Positions 51,377-62,347 of a DNA stretch of 64,000 bases are shown one piece after another. Below the pieces are notes generated by a model that was given only the letters and a program-made list of their open reading frames with translations, was not told the DNA's origin and made no database searches. The translations under genes and the position numbers were made by a program. The stretch spans positions 159,728-223,727 of the forward strand of contig CAVXNF010000006.1 of the NCBI GenBank assembly GCA_963763075.1, in the 5' to 3' direction. The number at the start of each line of letters is the position of its first letter. Position 1 is the stretch's first letter. The stretch comes from an uncultured Chloroflexia bacterium. GTDB taxonomy: Bacteria > Chloroflexota > Limnocylindria > Limnocylindrales > CSP1-4.

Positions 51377-52177
51377 TGCTCCGCCGGCGCGTGATCCCGT
51401 GCCTCGACGTCGCGAACGGCCGGGTCGTGAAGGGCACCCGCTTCGTCGATCTCGTCGACGAGGGCGACCCGCCCGAGCTCGCGGAGCGCTACGCGCAGGA
51501 GGGCGCCGACGAGCTGGTGTTCCTCGACATCTCCGCCGCGCCCGAGGGACGCGGGACGCTGCTGGACATCGTGGAGCGGACGGCGCGCCGCGCGTTCGTG
51601 CCGCTGACCGTCGGCGGCGGCGTCCGCGAGCGTGGACGAGATGCGCGAGGTCCTCCGGGCCGGGGCGGACAAGGTCGGCCTCAACACCCGCGCCGTCGCG
51701 GATCCGACGCTCGTGACGGCGTGCGCGGCCCGGTTCGGGCAGCCAGGCGGTGGTGGTCGCGATCGACGCCCGGCGGATCGCAGGCGCGATGCCACGTTCC
51801 CGTCCGGGTTCGAGGTCGTCGTCAAGGGCGGCCGCGAGCCGGCCGGCCTCGACGCGATCGCCTGGGCGGAGCGCGCCGTCGAGCTCGGCGCGGGCGAGCT
51901 GCTGGTCACCTCGATCGACCGGGACGGCACGAAGTCCGGCTACGACACCGAGCTGCTCGCGGCGATCACGAGCCGCGTCCGCGTGCCGGTGATCGCCTCG
52001 GGCGGTGCGTCGGGCGCCGCGCACATGGTCGAGGCGATCCGCGACGGCGGTGCCGATGCCGTCCTCGCCGCCTCGATCTTCCATCGCCGCGAGATGTCGA
52101 TCGGCGACGTCAAGGCCGAGCTCGCGGCCGCGGGCATGCCGGTCCGCCTGACCACCGGCACGGAGGTGCCCGCATGA
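51376..52177 (+). CDS. hisF: Imidazole glycerol phosphate synthase, cyclase subunit; about 3 frame changes
   Basis: The sequence reads [55 protein letters not shown]...PLTVGGGV, then ...[15 protein letters not shown]...[16 protein letters not shown]...PVIASGGAS (ORF 51632..52177). Confidence 0.9.
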
Positions 52178-52960
52178 GCCCGCTCGCCCGACCCGGCCCC
52201 TTCGACCTCGACGGGGGCGTCGATCCCGGCACGCTCAGGTGGGACCGCAAGGGCCTCGTCGTCGGCGTCGTCCAGGACGTGGCCGACGGGCGGGTGCTGA
52301 TGGTCGGCTGGATGGACGTCGAGGCGCTCGCCGCGACCCTCGGCACGGGCGAGGTCCACTTCCACTCCCGGTCGCGCGGCCGGCTGTGGCGCAAGGGCGA
52401 GTCGTCGGGTCACGTGCTCCGGCTCCGCTCGCTCGCGCTCGACTGCGACGGCGACGCGCTGCTGATCGGCGCGGAGCCGCTCGGCCCGACCTGCCACCGC
52501 GAGACCCGCTCCTGCTTCGACCCCGACGCCCTGTCGCGCGCCGTCCCGGGCTTCGAACCCGGCGACACGACCCCGGCGCCCGGCTCGCGACCCGATGGAG
52601 CTGCCCGAGGCGAACGACGCGTGGCAGGGCTTCGCGTGGCTCGAGGACCTGTGGGCGACGATCGCCGAGCGGGCCGAGCAGCGGCCTCGCGGCTCGTACA
52701 CCGTGGAGCTGCTCGACGGGGGCGTCGACCTGGCCGGCCGCAAGGTCGCCGAGGAGGCGACCGAGGTGCTGCTCGCGGCCAAGAACGACGAGACGGCCGA
52801 GGCCCTGGGCGCCGACCGGCCCGAGCTCCGCGCCCTGTTCACCGGCGAGGCGGCGGACCTCGTCTACCACGCGCTGGTGCTGCTGGCGGAGCGGGGCGTC
52901 GAGCCGCGTGCCGTCGTCGCGGCGCTCCGGGCCCGCCACGGGCGCAAGGTCCGCGCCTGA
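52174..52960 (+). CDS. hisI: Bifunctional phosphoribosyl-AMP cyclohydrolase / phosphoribosyl-ATP pyrophosphatase; one frame change near 52580
   Basis: Its ATG overlaps the hisF stop (ATGA). The HisI part reads [30 protein letters not shown]...[19 protein letters not shown]...DCDGDALL. The HisE part is in ORF 52595..52960 ([24 protein letters not shown]...[14 protein letters not shown]). Confidence 0.85.
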
Positions 52961-53741
52961 ACGAGCCGACGAGCCGCGCTAGCCGGCGGTCGGCAGACGA
53001 CCGATGGGATCGGCTGGACGGACCTCGAAGCACGTGGACTGGACTTCGGTCCCGGATGGGTCCGCTCGGTCGCGCATGGCGCGGTGGGCTGGCTCGCGGT
53101 CGGCGTGGAGGTCATCAACCCCGAGCGCCATCGGTCGCACCTGCTGTTCTCGGCCGACATGCATGAGTGGACCGAGCAACCATGGCCGCCTGACACCGGC
53201 AGTGAAGTCGTGTCGGACGGTTCGCGGTTCCTGACCCGGGAGGGGCAATCACCGACAACGGCCCGACGCCGCTCGTGGTGCAGTACTCGGACGATGCGTC
53301 GACGTGGGCGTCCGCGGACGTCGCCGTCCTGCCAAGTGGCACAGCGCGTCGTCGATCGGCGGCAGCGACGGTGGCTTCGCGCTCGGTGGCCAGCGGTTCG
53401 AGACCTCCGATGAAAGCTCGAACCCGCTCGCTTGGTGGTCGCCCGATGGCGTCGAGTGGTCCGAAGCGACGGTCGAAGGACTCGCTGGGGCGGCAGGTCA
53501 GGCCGCGCTGTTCACCATCCAGTCCAGTCCCGATGGCCTCATCGCATCCGGCAACGGGGACCCACTTGAGGTCGCAATTTGGCTGTCCGTCGAGGGACGC
53601 ACCTGGACGCAGGTCACGCCGCTACCGGATGGCCTCGACCAGCTCGACGCGGTCGCCCGAGCAGGCCCGGACCTGATCGTCAGCGGCCGACTCGGCGACG
53701 GCGACCAGTACGCGATCTGGCGCGGCTCGATCACACCCTGA
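52961..53741 (+). pseudogene. 5'-truncated beta-propeller (BNR/sialidase-like W..S.DG..W repeats) gene remnant; 2 frame changes
   Basis: The sequence is open and protein-like directly after the hisIE TGA, in the same frame and with no start codon (…[34 protein letters not shown]…). The C-terminal part is in ORF 53304..53741 (…LAWWSPDGVEWSEATV…AIWLSVEGRTWTQV…). Alternatively a GTG start at 53084 could be used. Confidence 0.4.
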
Positions 53742-54271
53742 TCGCGCCACCAAGCGGGAACCGGCGGCGCGTCGCCCATCGCCCGTCGCGGCCGGTGATC
53801 AGGTCGATCGCGTCCACCAGCTGCGTCGACGGGGAGCGTCGCCCACGCCGGATCCTCCAGCGCCCCAGGCGTCCGACGACCGCCGGTCCCTCCGCGATCG
53901 ACACGTGCGGGACGAACGGGAACGCGCCGCCGTACAGCGGCAGGGTCGGGAACGCGGCCGCGAGCTCGTCGTGGAGCGCCCGGAGCGGGGCATCGGGCTC
54001 GACGGACGCATACAGCGTGTCCGGGAAGCGCCGCCCCTCGCCCAGCGTCAGCCGCAGGACCGGGTGGCGCGCGGCGATGGCGGCGACGAGATCCAGGACC
54101 CCGGCGTCGAGCTGTGCCTCCTCGGCGAACGGGTACAGCAGCGTGACGTGCGCCGGCACCCCGGCCGAGGCGTCCGTCGATCGAGCGCAGACGGAGCGCC
54201 TCGAGGGCCGGTGGCAGCGAGACGACGAGGACGAGGGCGGTCTCGGGCGCCGGTCGCAGCGCCCCGGTCAC
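53731..54271 (-). CDS. 2H phosphoesterase superfamily protein (LigT / 2'-5' RNA ligase-like); one frame change near 54160
   Basis: It has two H-x-T/S-x motifs: HVTLLYPF and HVSIAEG (ORF 53731..54159). The N-terminus (VTGALRPAPETALVLVVSLPPALEALRL...) starts at GTG 54271, which overlaps the tyrS stop (GTGA). Confidence 0.7.
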
Positions 54272-55566
54272 TCGGCGGGCTCGACCAGCCGGACGTTGCG
54301 CTTGCCGGTCCGTACGACCCAGAACCGGCCGTGCAGCGGCTCCGGCAGCGGCGCCGTGGGGTCCGTGATCCGCTCGTTGTTCACGTAGAACCCGCCGTTC
54401 GCCATCTGCCGCCGCGCCTCGCCCTTCGACGGGTACGCGCCGGCAGCGATCGCGACGGACAGCGCATCGCCGAGGGCCTCGCGGTCCACGACGACGTGCG
54501 GCACCTGCTCGCGCATCGCCGCGAGGTCGTCGACGGACAGCGCCGCGAGATCCTGCGTGAACGCCGCCCGGCCCTGCCGCTCCGCCTCGCGCGCGGCCTC
54601 CTCGCCGTGGACCCGCGACGTGACGTCGAACGCGAGCCGGCGCTGCGCCTCGCGCTGCTCGGGCCGGCTCGCGACCGCGGCGTCCAGCGCCTCGACGTCG
54701 TCGCGCTCGAACAGCGTGAACCAGCGGAGGTACGTCCCGATGTCGCGGTCGTCGGCGTTGAGCCAGTACTGGTAGAACGCGTACGGCGACGTCCGGGCCG
54801 GGTCGAGCCACACCGACTCGCCGCCCTCGCTCTTGCCGAACTTCGCGCCCGACGGCGACAGCAGCAGCTTGTAGGCGATCCCGTGCGCGGGGCTCTCCTC
54901 GGCGTCGCCCGAGGTCCGCCGGATGAGCTCCAGGCCGGCGGTGATGTTGCCCCACTGGTCCGCGCCGCCCATCTGCATCTCGACGCCCTGCTCGCGGTAG
55001 AGCGTGGCGAAGTCGAGCGCCTGGAGCGTCATGTAGCTGAACTCCGTGAACGACAGGCCGCGATCGAGCCGCTGCTGGACGGAGTCCTTGGCCAGCATGT
55101 ACGGGATCGTGAAGTGCTTGCCGGTGTCGCGCAGGTAGTCGATCAGCGACAGCTTGCCGAGCCAGTCGAGGTTGTTCGCCATCTCGGCCTGGGTCGGGCC
55201 GGGCGAGAAGTCCAGGAAGTGCTCGAGCTGGCCGCGGATCGCCGCCACGTTGTGGGCGAGCGTCTCGAGGTCCAGCAGGTTGCGCTCCGACGACCGGCCC
55301 GACGGGTCGCCGATCATCCCGGTCCCGCCGCCCACGAGCGCGATCGGCTTGCCGCCATGGCGCTGGAACCGGACCATCCCGAAGATCGGGATCAGGTGGC
55401 CGACGTGGAGCGAGTCGGCGGTCGGGTCGAAGCCGTTGTAGCCGGCGATCGGCCGGTTCGTCTCGAGACGCGCGCGCAGGCCCGGCGTCGTCGCGTGGAG
55501 GATCCCGCGCCACTCGAGCTCGTCGAGGAACCCGGCGAGCCCGGGATGCGTCGAGGTGTCGGTCAC
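54268..55566 (-). CDS. tyrS: Tyrosine--tRNA ligase
   Basis: Intact ORF. It has the HIGH region (SLHVGHLIP), GGGTGMIGDPSG, and KMSKS-like KFGKSEGG. The probable GTG start is at 55566 within ORF 54268..55668. Confidence 0.9.
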   Translation of the reverse strand: MTDTSTHPGLAGFLDELEWRGILHATTPGLRARLETNRPIAGYNGFDPTADSLHVGHLIPIFGMVRFQRHGGKPIALVGGGTGMIGDPSGRSSERNLLDLETLAHNVAAIRGQLEHFLDFSPGPTQAEMANNLDWLGKLSLIDYLRDTGKHFTIPYMLAKDSVQQRLDRGLSFTEFSYMTLQALDFATLYREQGVEMQMGGADQWGNITAGLELIRRTSGDAEESPAHGIAYKLLLSPSGAKFGKSEGGESVWLDPARTSPYAFYQYWLNADDRDIGTYLRWFTLFERDDVEALDAAVASRPEQREAQRRLAFDVTSRVHGEEAAREAERQGRAAFTQDLAALSVDDLAAMREQVPHVVVDREALGDALSVAIAAGAYPSKGEARRQMANGGFYVNNERITDPTAPLPEPLHGRFWVVRTGKRNVRLVEPAE

Positions 55567-55667
55567 AGGAGCCCGCCCGTCACACCCTCGGGACGGCGAC
55601 CGTCGAGTGTCCGGCCCGGTCCCGTCGATCGGGCGTTCATCCCCTGCATGGTATCGTTTCGGCCGCA

Positions 55668-58413
55668 ATGCAAACCAGCCTCGTCCGGAGGCAGCGCCAT
55701 CGCCGGCTAGGCGGACCAGCGCCGCGCCGCCGCGGGAACGGCGTCATCGCAATTATCGCGATCGCGCTTCCCCTCCTCATGTTCGTAGCCCTGCTCGTGC
55801 TGGGCGCGGGCGGCGCACTCGCGTCGGTCGCGGGGTACACGTACCTCGCGAAAGACCTCGAGGATCCGAAGGAGGCGCTCGACAAGCTGGACTTCACGTC
55901 GCAGTCGGTCGTGTTCGACCGGAGCCAACAAGGTCCAGCTCGCGAAGCTCGGCGACGACCGCCGGACGGTGGTCACGTTCGACCAGATCCCGCCCGCCCT
56001 CGTCGACGCGACGACGTCCGTCGAGGACAAGACGTTCTGGGAGAACTCCGGCTTCGACCCCGTCGGCTTCGTCTCCGCCGCCATCGACACCGTCAACGGC
56101 AACGACCGCGGCGGCTCGACGATCACCCAGCAGCTCGTGCGCGCGCGCCTCCTGCCCACCAGCGCCTTCGACGGCTCGGTCTACGAGCGCAAGGCGAAGG
56201 AGATCATCCAGTCGATCCGCCTGACCGAGGCGTATCCGGGGATCGAGGGCAAGCAGCAGATCATCGAGAAGTACCTCAACCAGAACTTCTACGGGAACCG
56301 CAGACTACGGCGTCGCGGCCGCGGCCCAGAGCTACTGGCGGAAGGACCTCAAGGACCTGACCCTGGCGCAGATGGCGCTGCTCGCGGCCATCCCCCAGTC
56401 GCCCACGAAGTTCGACCTCGTGAAGAACGCGGTCGAGGAGGACGATCGAGGTCGACGGCAAGGAGCACGACCTGCCTCGTCGTCCCGCCCAACAGCGAGG
56501 TCATCGTCCGGCGCAACTTCATCCTCGACCTGATGAAGACGCGCGCCGTGCTCACGGTCGGCCAGTACACCGATGCCGACTTCGAGGCCGCCAAGGCCGA
56601 GCCCGCGATCCTCGCGCTCCCAGGAGCCCGACAAGTGGCGCGCGCCGCACTTCGTGTGGAAGGTGCGCGAGGAGCTGGGCCAGATCCTGTGCGGGACGCC
56701 CGCGGACGAGTGCGAGAAGATCAACACCGGCGGCTACAAGGTCACCACGACGCTCAACTACAAGATGCAGCGGATCGCCGAGAAGTGGGTCTACGCCGCG
56801 GCGATCATCCCCAACCTCAAGAACCCGGACAAGGTCCTCAAGGACCGCGGCATCCCCCGCCGCGAGTGGGCGTGGATCAAGGGTCTCCGCGGGCACAACA
56901 TCCACAACGCGGCGGGCGGCGTCATCGACTACCGCACGGGCGAGGTGCTCGCCTATGCCGGCTCCGCGTCGTACACCGCGAAGGGCTCCAAGAAGCTCCA
57001 GCCGCAGTTCGACGTCCTGGGCGACGGCTGGCGCCAGCCCGGGTCGTCGATCAAGCCGCTCGTGTACCTCGTGGGCATCGAGGACCGCACGATGACGGCG
57101 GCGACGATGTTCATGGACGTCGTCACCAACTTCGCCTCCTCGGCGGCTCCAAGGCGTGGTACCCGACCCAGGCCGACGGCCTCGAGCGCGGCCCCGTCCG
57201 GGTGCGCAGCGCGCTCCAGTTCTCGCTCAACATCCCGGCGATCAAGGCGGGCTTCATCAACGGCCTCGATCACCAGTTCGAGCGGATGCAGGACTTCGGG
57301 CTCGTCTATCCCGCGTCCGAGTCCGCGGTCGCCTCGATGAGCATCGGCACGCAACGTGAACCACCCGATCGACATGATCAGCGCCTACGGGATGATCGCG
57401 AACAACGGCGTGATGATGCCGCGCCACACGATCCTCAAGGTGCGTCGACCACGAGGGCAAGCAGGTGTGGCCGCCCGCGAACACGCAAGATCAGCGGCGA
57501 GCGGGTCGTCTCCCGCCAGGCCGCCTACATCATGACCGACATCATGGCCGGCAACACGATCCGGTCCGTCAACCCGTTCTGGGGCGAATGGCGGGTCACC
57601 GACGGCGTCACCGGCGTCCAAGGTCCGCCCGGCCGCGTACAAGACCGGCACGACGAGCGACAACAAGGACGTCCACGCGTACGGCTACCTCGCGCCGCCC
57701 AAGGACAAGAAGCTGCCCGCGCTCGTCGCCGGCATCTGGATGGGCAACTCCGACAACACGCCCAACGACGGCAAGCTGTCGCTCGACACGTCGGCCCCGC
57801 TGTGGTCGGCGCTGCTGTCGGACGTCTCCAAGGGCATGCCGATCGAGCGCTTCAGCCGCGTCAAGCCCAAGGGCCTCGTCACCGGGACCGTCGACGCGTT
57901 CACCGGCCTCAAGCCGAGCGGCTCGACCCGCCGCACGGTCGAGGAGCTGTTCATCGACGGCACCGAGCCCGACCAAGGCCGCGAGCGCGTCCACCGTGGT
58001 CGACATCGACGCCGCGAGCGGCCTCCGCTGGCGGGACGGCTGTGTCGGCCCGATGGTCACCAGGGCGTACATGGACTACTCGAAGATCGAGGGCGGCCCG
58101 AAGAGCTGGGTGAAGGCCGACCTCGCGCTGGCAGGCCCGCGCCAGCCGCGGCTCCGGGGTCTCGGGTGGCCCGAAGCGCACGCGCACGGCCTACTTCTAC
58201 GGCGGCGGGTTCTACCCGTTCGGCCAGAGCTGGGGCAGCAGCGGCACGCCGCCGAGCAAGAAGTGCCCGCTCGCCCCGCCGGAGCCCACGCCGTGCGTCC
58301 CCGACTTCTTCAACCCCTGCCTGCCGCCCGACGGCTCGAACGGCAATGGCAACGGCGGCGGACCGGGCAACGGCAACGGCGACGGCAGCGAAGAGCCGTG
58401 CAAGAAGCCGTAG
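55668..58413 (+). CDS. Class A penicillin-binding protein (transglycosylase + transpeptidase); about 10 frame changes
   Basis: An N-terminal TM segment is followed by the GT51 motifs EDKTFWENSGFDP and GGSTITQQLVR...RKAKEIIQSIRLT. The transpeptidase part has PGSSIKPLVY and ...YKTGTT-like sequence. A Cys/Pro/Gly-Asn tail ends at TAG 58411-58413. Confidence 0.85.
58339..58386 (+). repeat. Imperfect hexanucleotide (AACGGC)n tract encoding NGNGNGGGPGNGNGDG in the PBP tail
   Basis: Read directly from the sequence as aacggc aatggc aacggc ggcgga ccgggc aacggc aacggc gacggc. Confidence 0.6.
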
Positions 58414-58442
58414 CGCTCGACGCGCACGCGGCGGCCGGACGC

Positions 58443-60887
58443 TCAGAGGCGGACGATCGTCGCCCCGTCGCCGCCCTCGCCCCGCTCGCCCGGGTCGCAG
58501 GCTCTTCACCAGCGGGCTCGCGCCCGCCTGCACCCGGACCGCGTCGCGCAGCGCGCCCGTGCCGAGGCCGTGGATGATCAGCACCTGCTCGAGGCCGGCG
58601 AGCGACGCGTCGTCGAGGTAGCGGTCCAGCGCCTCGAGCGCCTCGTCGACCCGCGCGCCGCGCAGGTCCAGTGACGAGGCGACGCTGCGCGCCTTGGTGA
58701 GCTGCAGGTTGCCGATGCCCGGCGCCGGCCGGCCCGGAGCCCGGGCCCGCGTCCGCGGCCGCCATTGCCCGCCTCGGCTCCGATCGTCGGCCGACCCGCC
58801 GGACCCCGCTCCGCCGCCGACCGCCTCCTCGAGGTCCTCGACCGCGACCGAGACGCGCATCCCGCCCGCCTCCAGCGTCGCCCGCGTGCCGCCCTTCTCG
58901 AGCGCCGCGATCCGGCCCTCCCAGCCACCGTTCCGGCTCCGGGCACGATCGCCGAGCCGCCACGTGCGGGGCGTCGGCCGGCGACCGGGGCCGGTGCCGC
59001 GACGGCGGCGCTCCGGCAGGCGGCCGAGCGTCTGCTCGGCGCGCGCGACCGCGGCGTCGATCGCCGGTGCGGTCACGGTCTCGCGCTCGAGCCGGCGGCG
59101 GACGCCCGCGACGTCGTCCTTGAGCCCCTCGACGAGCCGCTCCGCCTCGGCCCGGGCGGCTCGCACGGCCTCGTCGCGCTCCCGGCGGGCCTTGCGGCGC
59201 TCCTCCTCGGCCGTCCGCAGCGCCTCGGTCGCGCGCAGCTCCGCGGCCCGGGCCCGCTCCACCGCCTCGGCGATCTCGCTTCTCCTGGGTCCGGATCGAC
59301 GCGAGCGTCGCCTCGAACGCCGCCTGGTTCTCGGTCAGCCGGCCCGCGCGCGTCGTCGACGATCGCGTCGGGCAGCCCGAGCCGCTCCGCGATCGCGAAC
59401 GCCTGCGAGCCGCCCGGGCAGGCCGATCGTGAGCCGGTACGTCGGCGACAGCGTCTCGAGGTCGAACTCCACCGACGCGTTGCGCGCCGCCGGCGTCTCG
59501 TGGGCGTAGACCTTGATCTCGGCGTAGTGGGTCGTCGCGGCGACGAGCGCACCGGAGCGGATGAAGTGGTCGAGCAGCGCCTGGGCCAGCGCCGAGCCCT
59601 CCGTCGGGTCGGTGCCGGCGCCGAGCTCGTCGAGCAGGACGAGCGTGCCCGGGCCCGGCGCGCTCGACGATCCGGATGATCGAGCGCAGGTGGCCCGAGA
59701 ACGTCGACAGCGACTGCGCGATCGACTGCTCGTCGCCGATGTCGGCGAGGACGTCGCGGAACACCGGGCAGCACGGAGCCCGCCTCGGCCGGGACGTGGA
59801 GCCCGGCCTGGTGCATGAGGGCGAGCAGCCCGAGCGTCCGCAGCGCGACCGTCTTGCCGCCCGTGTTGGGGCCCGTGATGACGAGCGCCGTGTAGCCGTC
59901 GCCGAGCCGGATGTCGATCGGCACGACGCGGCCGGTGAGCCCCGGGTGGCGCGCCGAGAGCAGCACGACCTCCTCGTCGCGCGGCCGGCGCGGGCCGGAT
60001 CGCCGTCCATGCTCCGCGGCCAGCTGCGCCTTCGCCGTCCAGAAGTCGAACTGCGCGAGCGCCTCGAGCGTCTCGCGCGAGCATCGTCGCGTTGGCCCCG
60101 ACCAGCGCGGACAGCTCGTCGAGGATCCGGCCGACCTCCTCCTCGACCGCGGCCTGCGCCTCGCGCCACGCGTTGCCCAGCTCCACGACGACGAGCGGCT
60201 CGACGAACAGCGTCTGGCCGCTGCCCGACGCGTCGTGGACGATGCCCTTCACCCGGCCGCGGGCGTCCGCGCGGACCGGCACGACGTAGCGCCCGTTGCG
60301 CATCGTGACGATCGGCTCCTGGAGCGCGCCGCCCAGCTCCGACCCGACGAGCGAGTCGAGGCGCCGGCGCAGCCGGTCGTACGCGATCGCGGACCGACGC
60401 CCGGAGCGGGCCGAGCCGCGGCGACGCCGTGTCCAGCAGCTCGCCCGACGGGGTCGAAGCTGCGCGACAGCGTGCTGCGCAGCGCCGGCAGCGGGTGGAG
60501 CGCGGCGCCCGAGGTCGCGGAGCAGCGGCCGGCGGTCGTCCGCGAGCGAGGTCTGCGAGGCGCGCGGCGGCGTCGAGCGTCTCGGCGATCTCGAGGAACT
60601 GCGGCGGCGTCGAGCCGGCCGCCGCGCGCCGCGCGGCCCGATCCACGGCTCGATGTCGTGCGCCGCGCCGATGCCCACGCCGGCCCGTTCCTGGAGCAGC
60701 TGCCGGGTCTGGTCCGTCTCGTCGAGGCCGCGCCCGACGATCACCGGGTCGCTCGACGGCTCGAGCGTCTCGGCGAGGCGGCGCGACGGGTCGAACGACG
60801 TCTTCTCGGCGAGCCGTGCCCGGACCTGGCGGGAACTCGAGCAGCGCGATCGAGCGCGCGTCCATCGCCTCGCTCATCGGGGGCGGC
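58443..60887 (-). CDS. mutS2: Endonuclease MutS2 (MutS domain + C-terminal Smr); about 10 frame changes
   Basis: It starts at ATG 60887 ([16 protein letters not shown]...). The pieces are ...[38 protein letters not shown]..., [19 protein letters not shown]..., [22 protein letters not shown]..., and the Smr part [42 protein letters not shown]. Confidence 0.85.
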
Positions 60888-61596
60888 CGCTGATCGACGG
60901 GCTGCCGGGACGATGAACCGCCACGCGACCGACGTCCACGGCTCCGCGGCGTAGCCGATGCCGACCCGGGGCGCCGGCGACGACCTCCGGGGGCGGCTCG
61001 CCGTCCGGGGCGGGACTCCAGCCGCAGCGGCGACGCCGGGTCGCACAGGTCGATGCCGGTGTCACGCCGGGTCGATGCCGAACGCCGCGGCCACGAGGCC
61101 GGGGCCCGCGGCCAGGCGCGCATCGGGGATGCGGCGCGGCGCGGCGTCCGTGGTCGCCGGGCACGCCTCCGCCGGCCGAGAGCGCCTCGCGCGCGGCGCG
61201 CATCGCGTCGACGCCGTCGAGCGGCTCGACGGCGCGCACGAGCAGCGCGGCGGGCCGGCCCGTGGGCTCGGTCACGACGTTGAGGCAGTGGTGCATCCCG
61301 TAGACAAGGTACACGTAGGCCGTGCCGGGAGGCCCGTACATGACCCGGTTGCGGTCGGTCGGGCCGAAGCGGGCGTGCGACGCGAGATCGTCCTCGCCGA
61401 TGTACGCCTCGACCTCGACGATCCGCCCGACGCGACGGGCGAGCCCCGGGCCGTCGTCGGCTGCCGGCACGGCGTCGCGGACGAGGCGCGCGCCGAGGAG
61501 CGCACGGGCGGCCTCGAGCGTCGGCTGCCGAGCCGCCGGCGCGGGAACGGGCTGGCCGGCCTGGGTGACGTGCGCCGGGTGGCGGTCGCGGGTCAC
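60874..61596 (-). CDS. mpg: DNA-3-methyladenine glycosylase (Mpg/AAG family); about 3 frame changes
   Basis: It starts at GTG 61596. The sequence ...LLGARLVRD...[67 protein letters not shown] matches the family. Confidence 0.8.
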   Translation of the reverse strand: MTRDRHPAHVTQAGQPVPAPAARQPTLEAARALLGARLVRDAVPAADDGPGLARRVGRIVEVEAYIGEDDLASHARFGPTDRNRVMYGPPGTAYVYLVYGMHHCLNVVTEPTGRPAALLVRAVEPLDGVDAMRAAREALSAGGGVPGDHGRRAAPHPRCAPGRGPRPRGRGVRHRPGVTPASTCATRRRRCGWSPAPDGEPPPEVVAGAPGRHRLRRGAVDVGRVAVHRPGSPSISGRPR

Positions 61597-61628
61597 CCGG
61601 CACGGTCACACGCCGTAGAGCTCGAGGA

Positions 61629-62173
61629 CTACTGCGGGACGAGGAACGAGACGATGCCCAGGAAGGCCGGGATCACGTTCTCGTGGAGGATCCGGCCGGT
61701 CTCGGACAGGTTGATCGCGTTCCAGAAGTCGCGCAGGAACGCCAGCTCGTCGTCGTCCTTGGGGATGCCCGTGTAGAGGTAGTACTGGTCGAGGAGGATC
61801 GTGATGAACAGCAGGAACAGCACGCCCTGCACGACGCCCAGGATGCCGCCCAGGATCTCGTCGACGACGGGTACTTCGCGAACACCTCGGTCTTGGTGTA
61901 GGTCCCCTGGACGACGAGGAACAACGCGATGACCGCGGCGAAGAAGATCACCAGGTACCCGATCATCTCCGAGTACTCGGTCGGGTACTGCGTCCAGTTC
62001 TGGCTCAGGAAGCCACCCAGCCAGAAGGCGTTGAGCTGGAGCGCGAGGAAGAACGAGAACGTGATCGACAGGATGCCGATGAGGCGGCGGACGGCGCCCT
62101 GGGCGTAGCCCAGGATGAACATCCCGAACAGGAACAGGACGACGAGAATGTCGACGACGTTGATCGACGTCAG
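61629..62173 (-). CDS. cvpA: CvpA-family membrane protein; one frame change; start uncertain
   Basis: The sequence reads SINVVDILVVLFLFGMFILGYAQGAVRRLIGILSITFSFFLALQL... (ORF 61673..62329 frame), then ...ILGGILGVVQGVLFLLFITILLD... (frame of ORF 61629..63950). No ATG or GTG lies at the expected start. Confidence 0.7.
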
Positions 62174-62347
62174 CGTTGCCTGATGTCCAACGACGATCCC
62201 TCGTGTGACGGCGGCCGTGTGCCCCGGTCGGCCGGTGACCCCGGCGAAGGGTAGCAGCGGCCGAACGGGCCCCGCAACGGATTCCGACAGCCCGGCGCGT
62301 GGTTCCGGTGCGCGCCCGCCGTCGGGCAATGGTCCTATCGGCCGGCG

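Noticed and set aside
53498-55710. A 671-aa minus-strand ORF and a 601-aa plus-strand ORF overlapping tyrS.
   Set aside because: They are an alternative frame and the antisense strand of the intact tyrS gene. Neither has a recognisable motif, whereas the tyrS frame has HIGH and KMSKS-type motifs.
58310-61609. A 1099-aa ORF on the minus strand, the longest in the window.
   Set aside because: It is a wrong-frame read-through spanning mutS2 and mpg. It is mostly Arg/Pro/Ala/Gly-rich and contains only short in-frame islands of the real proteins.
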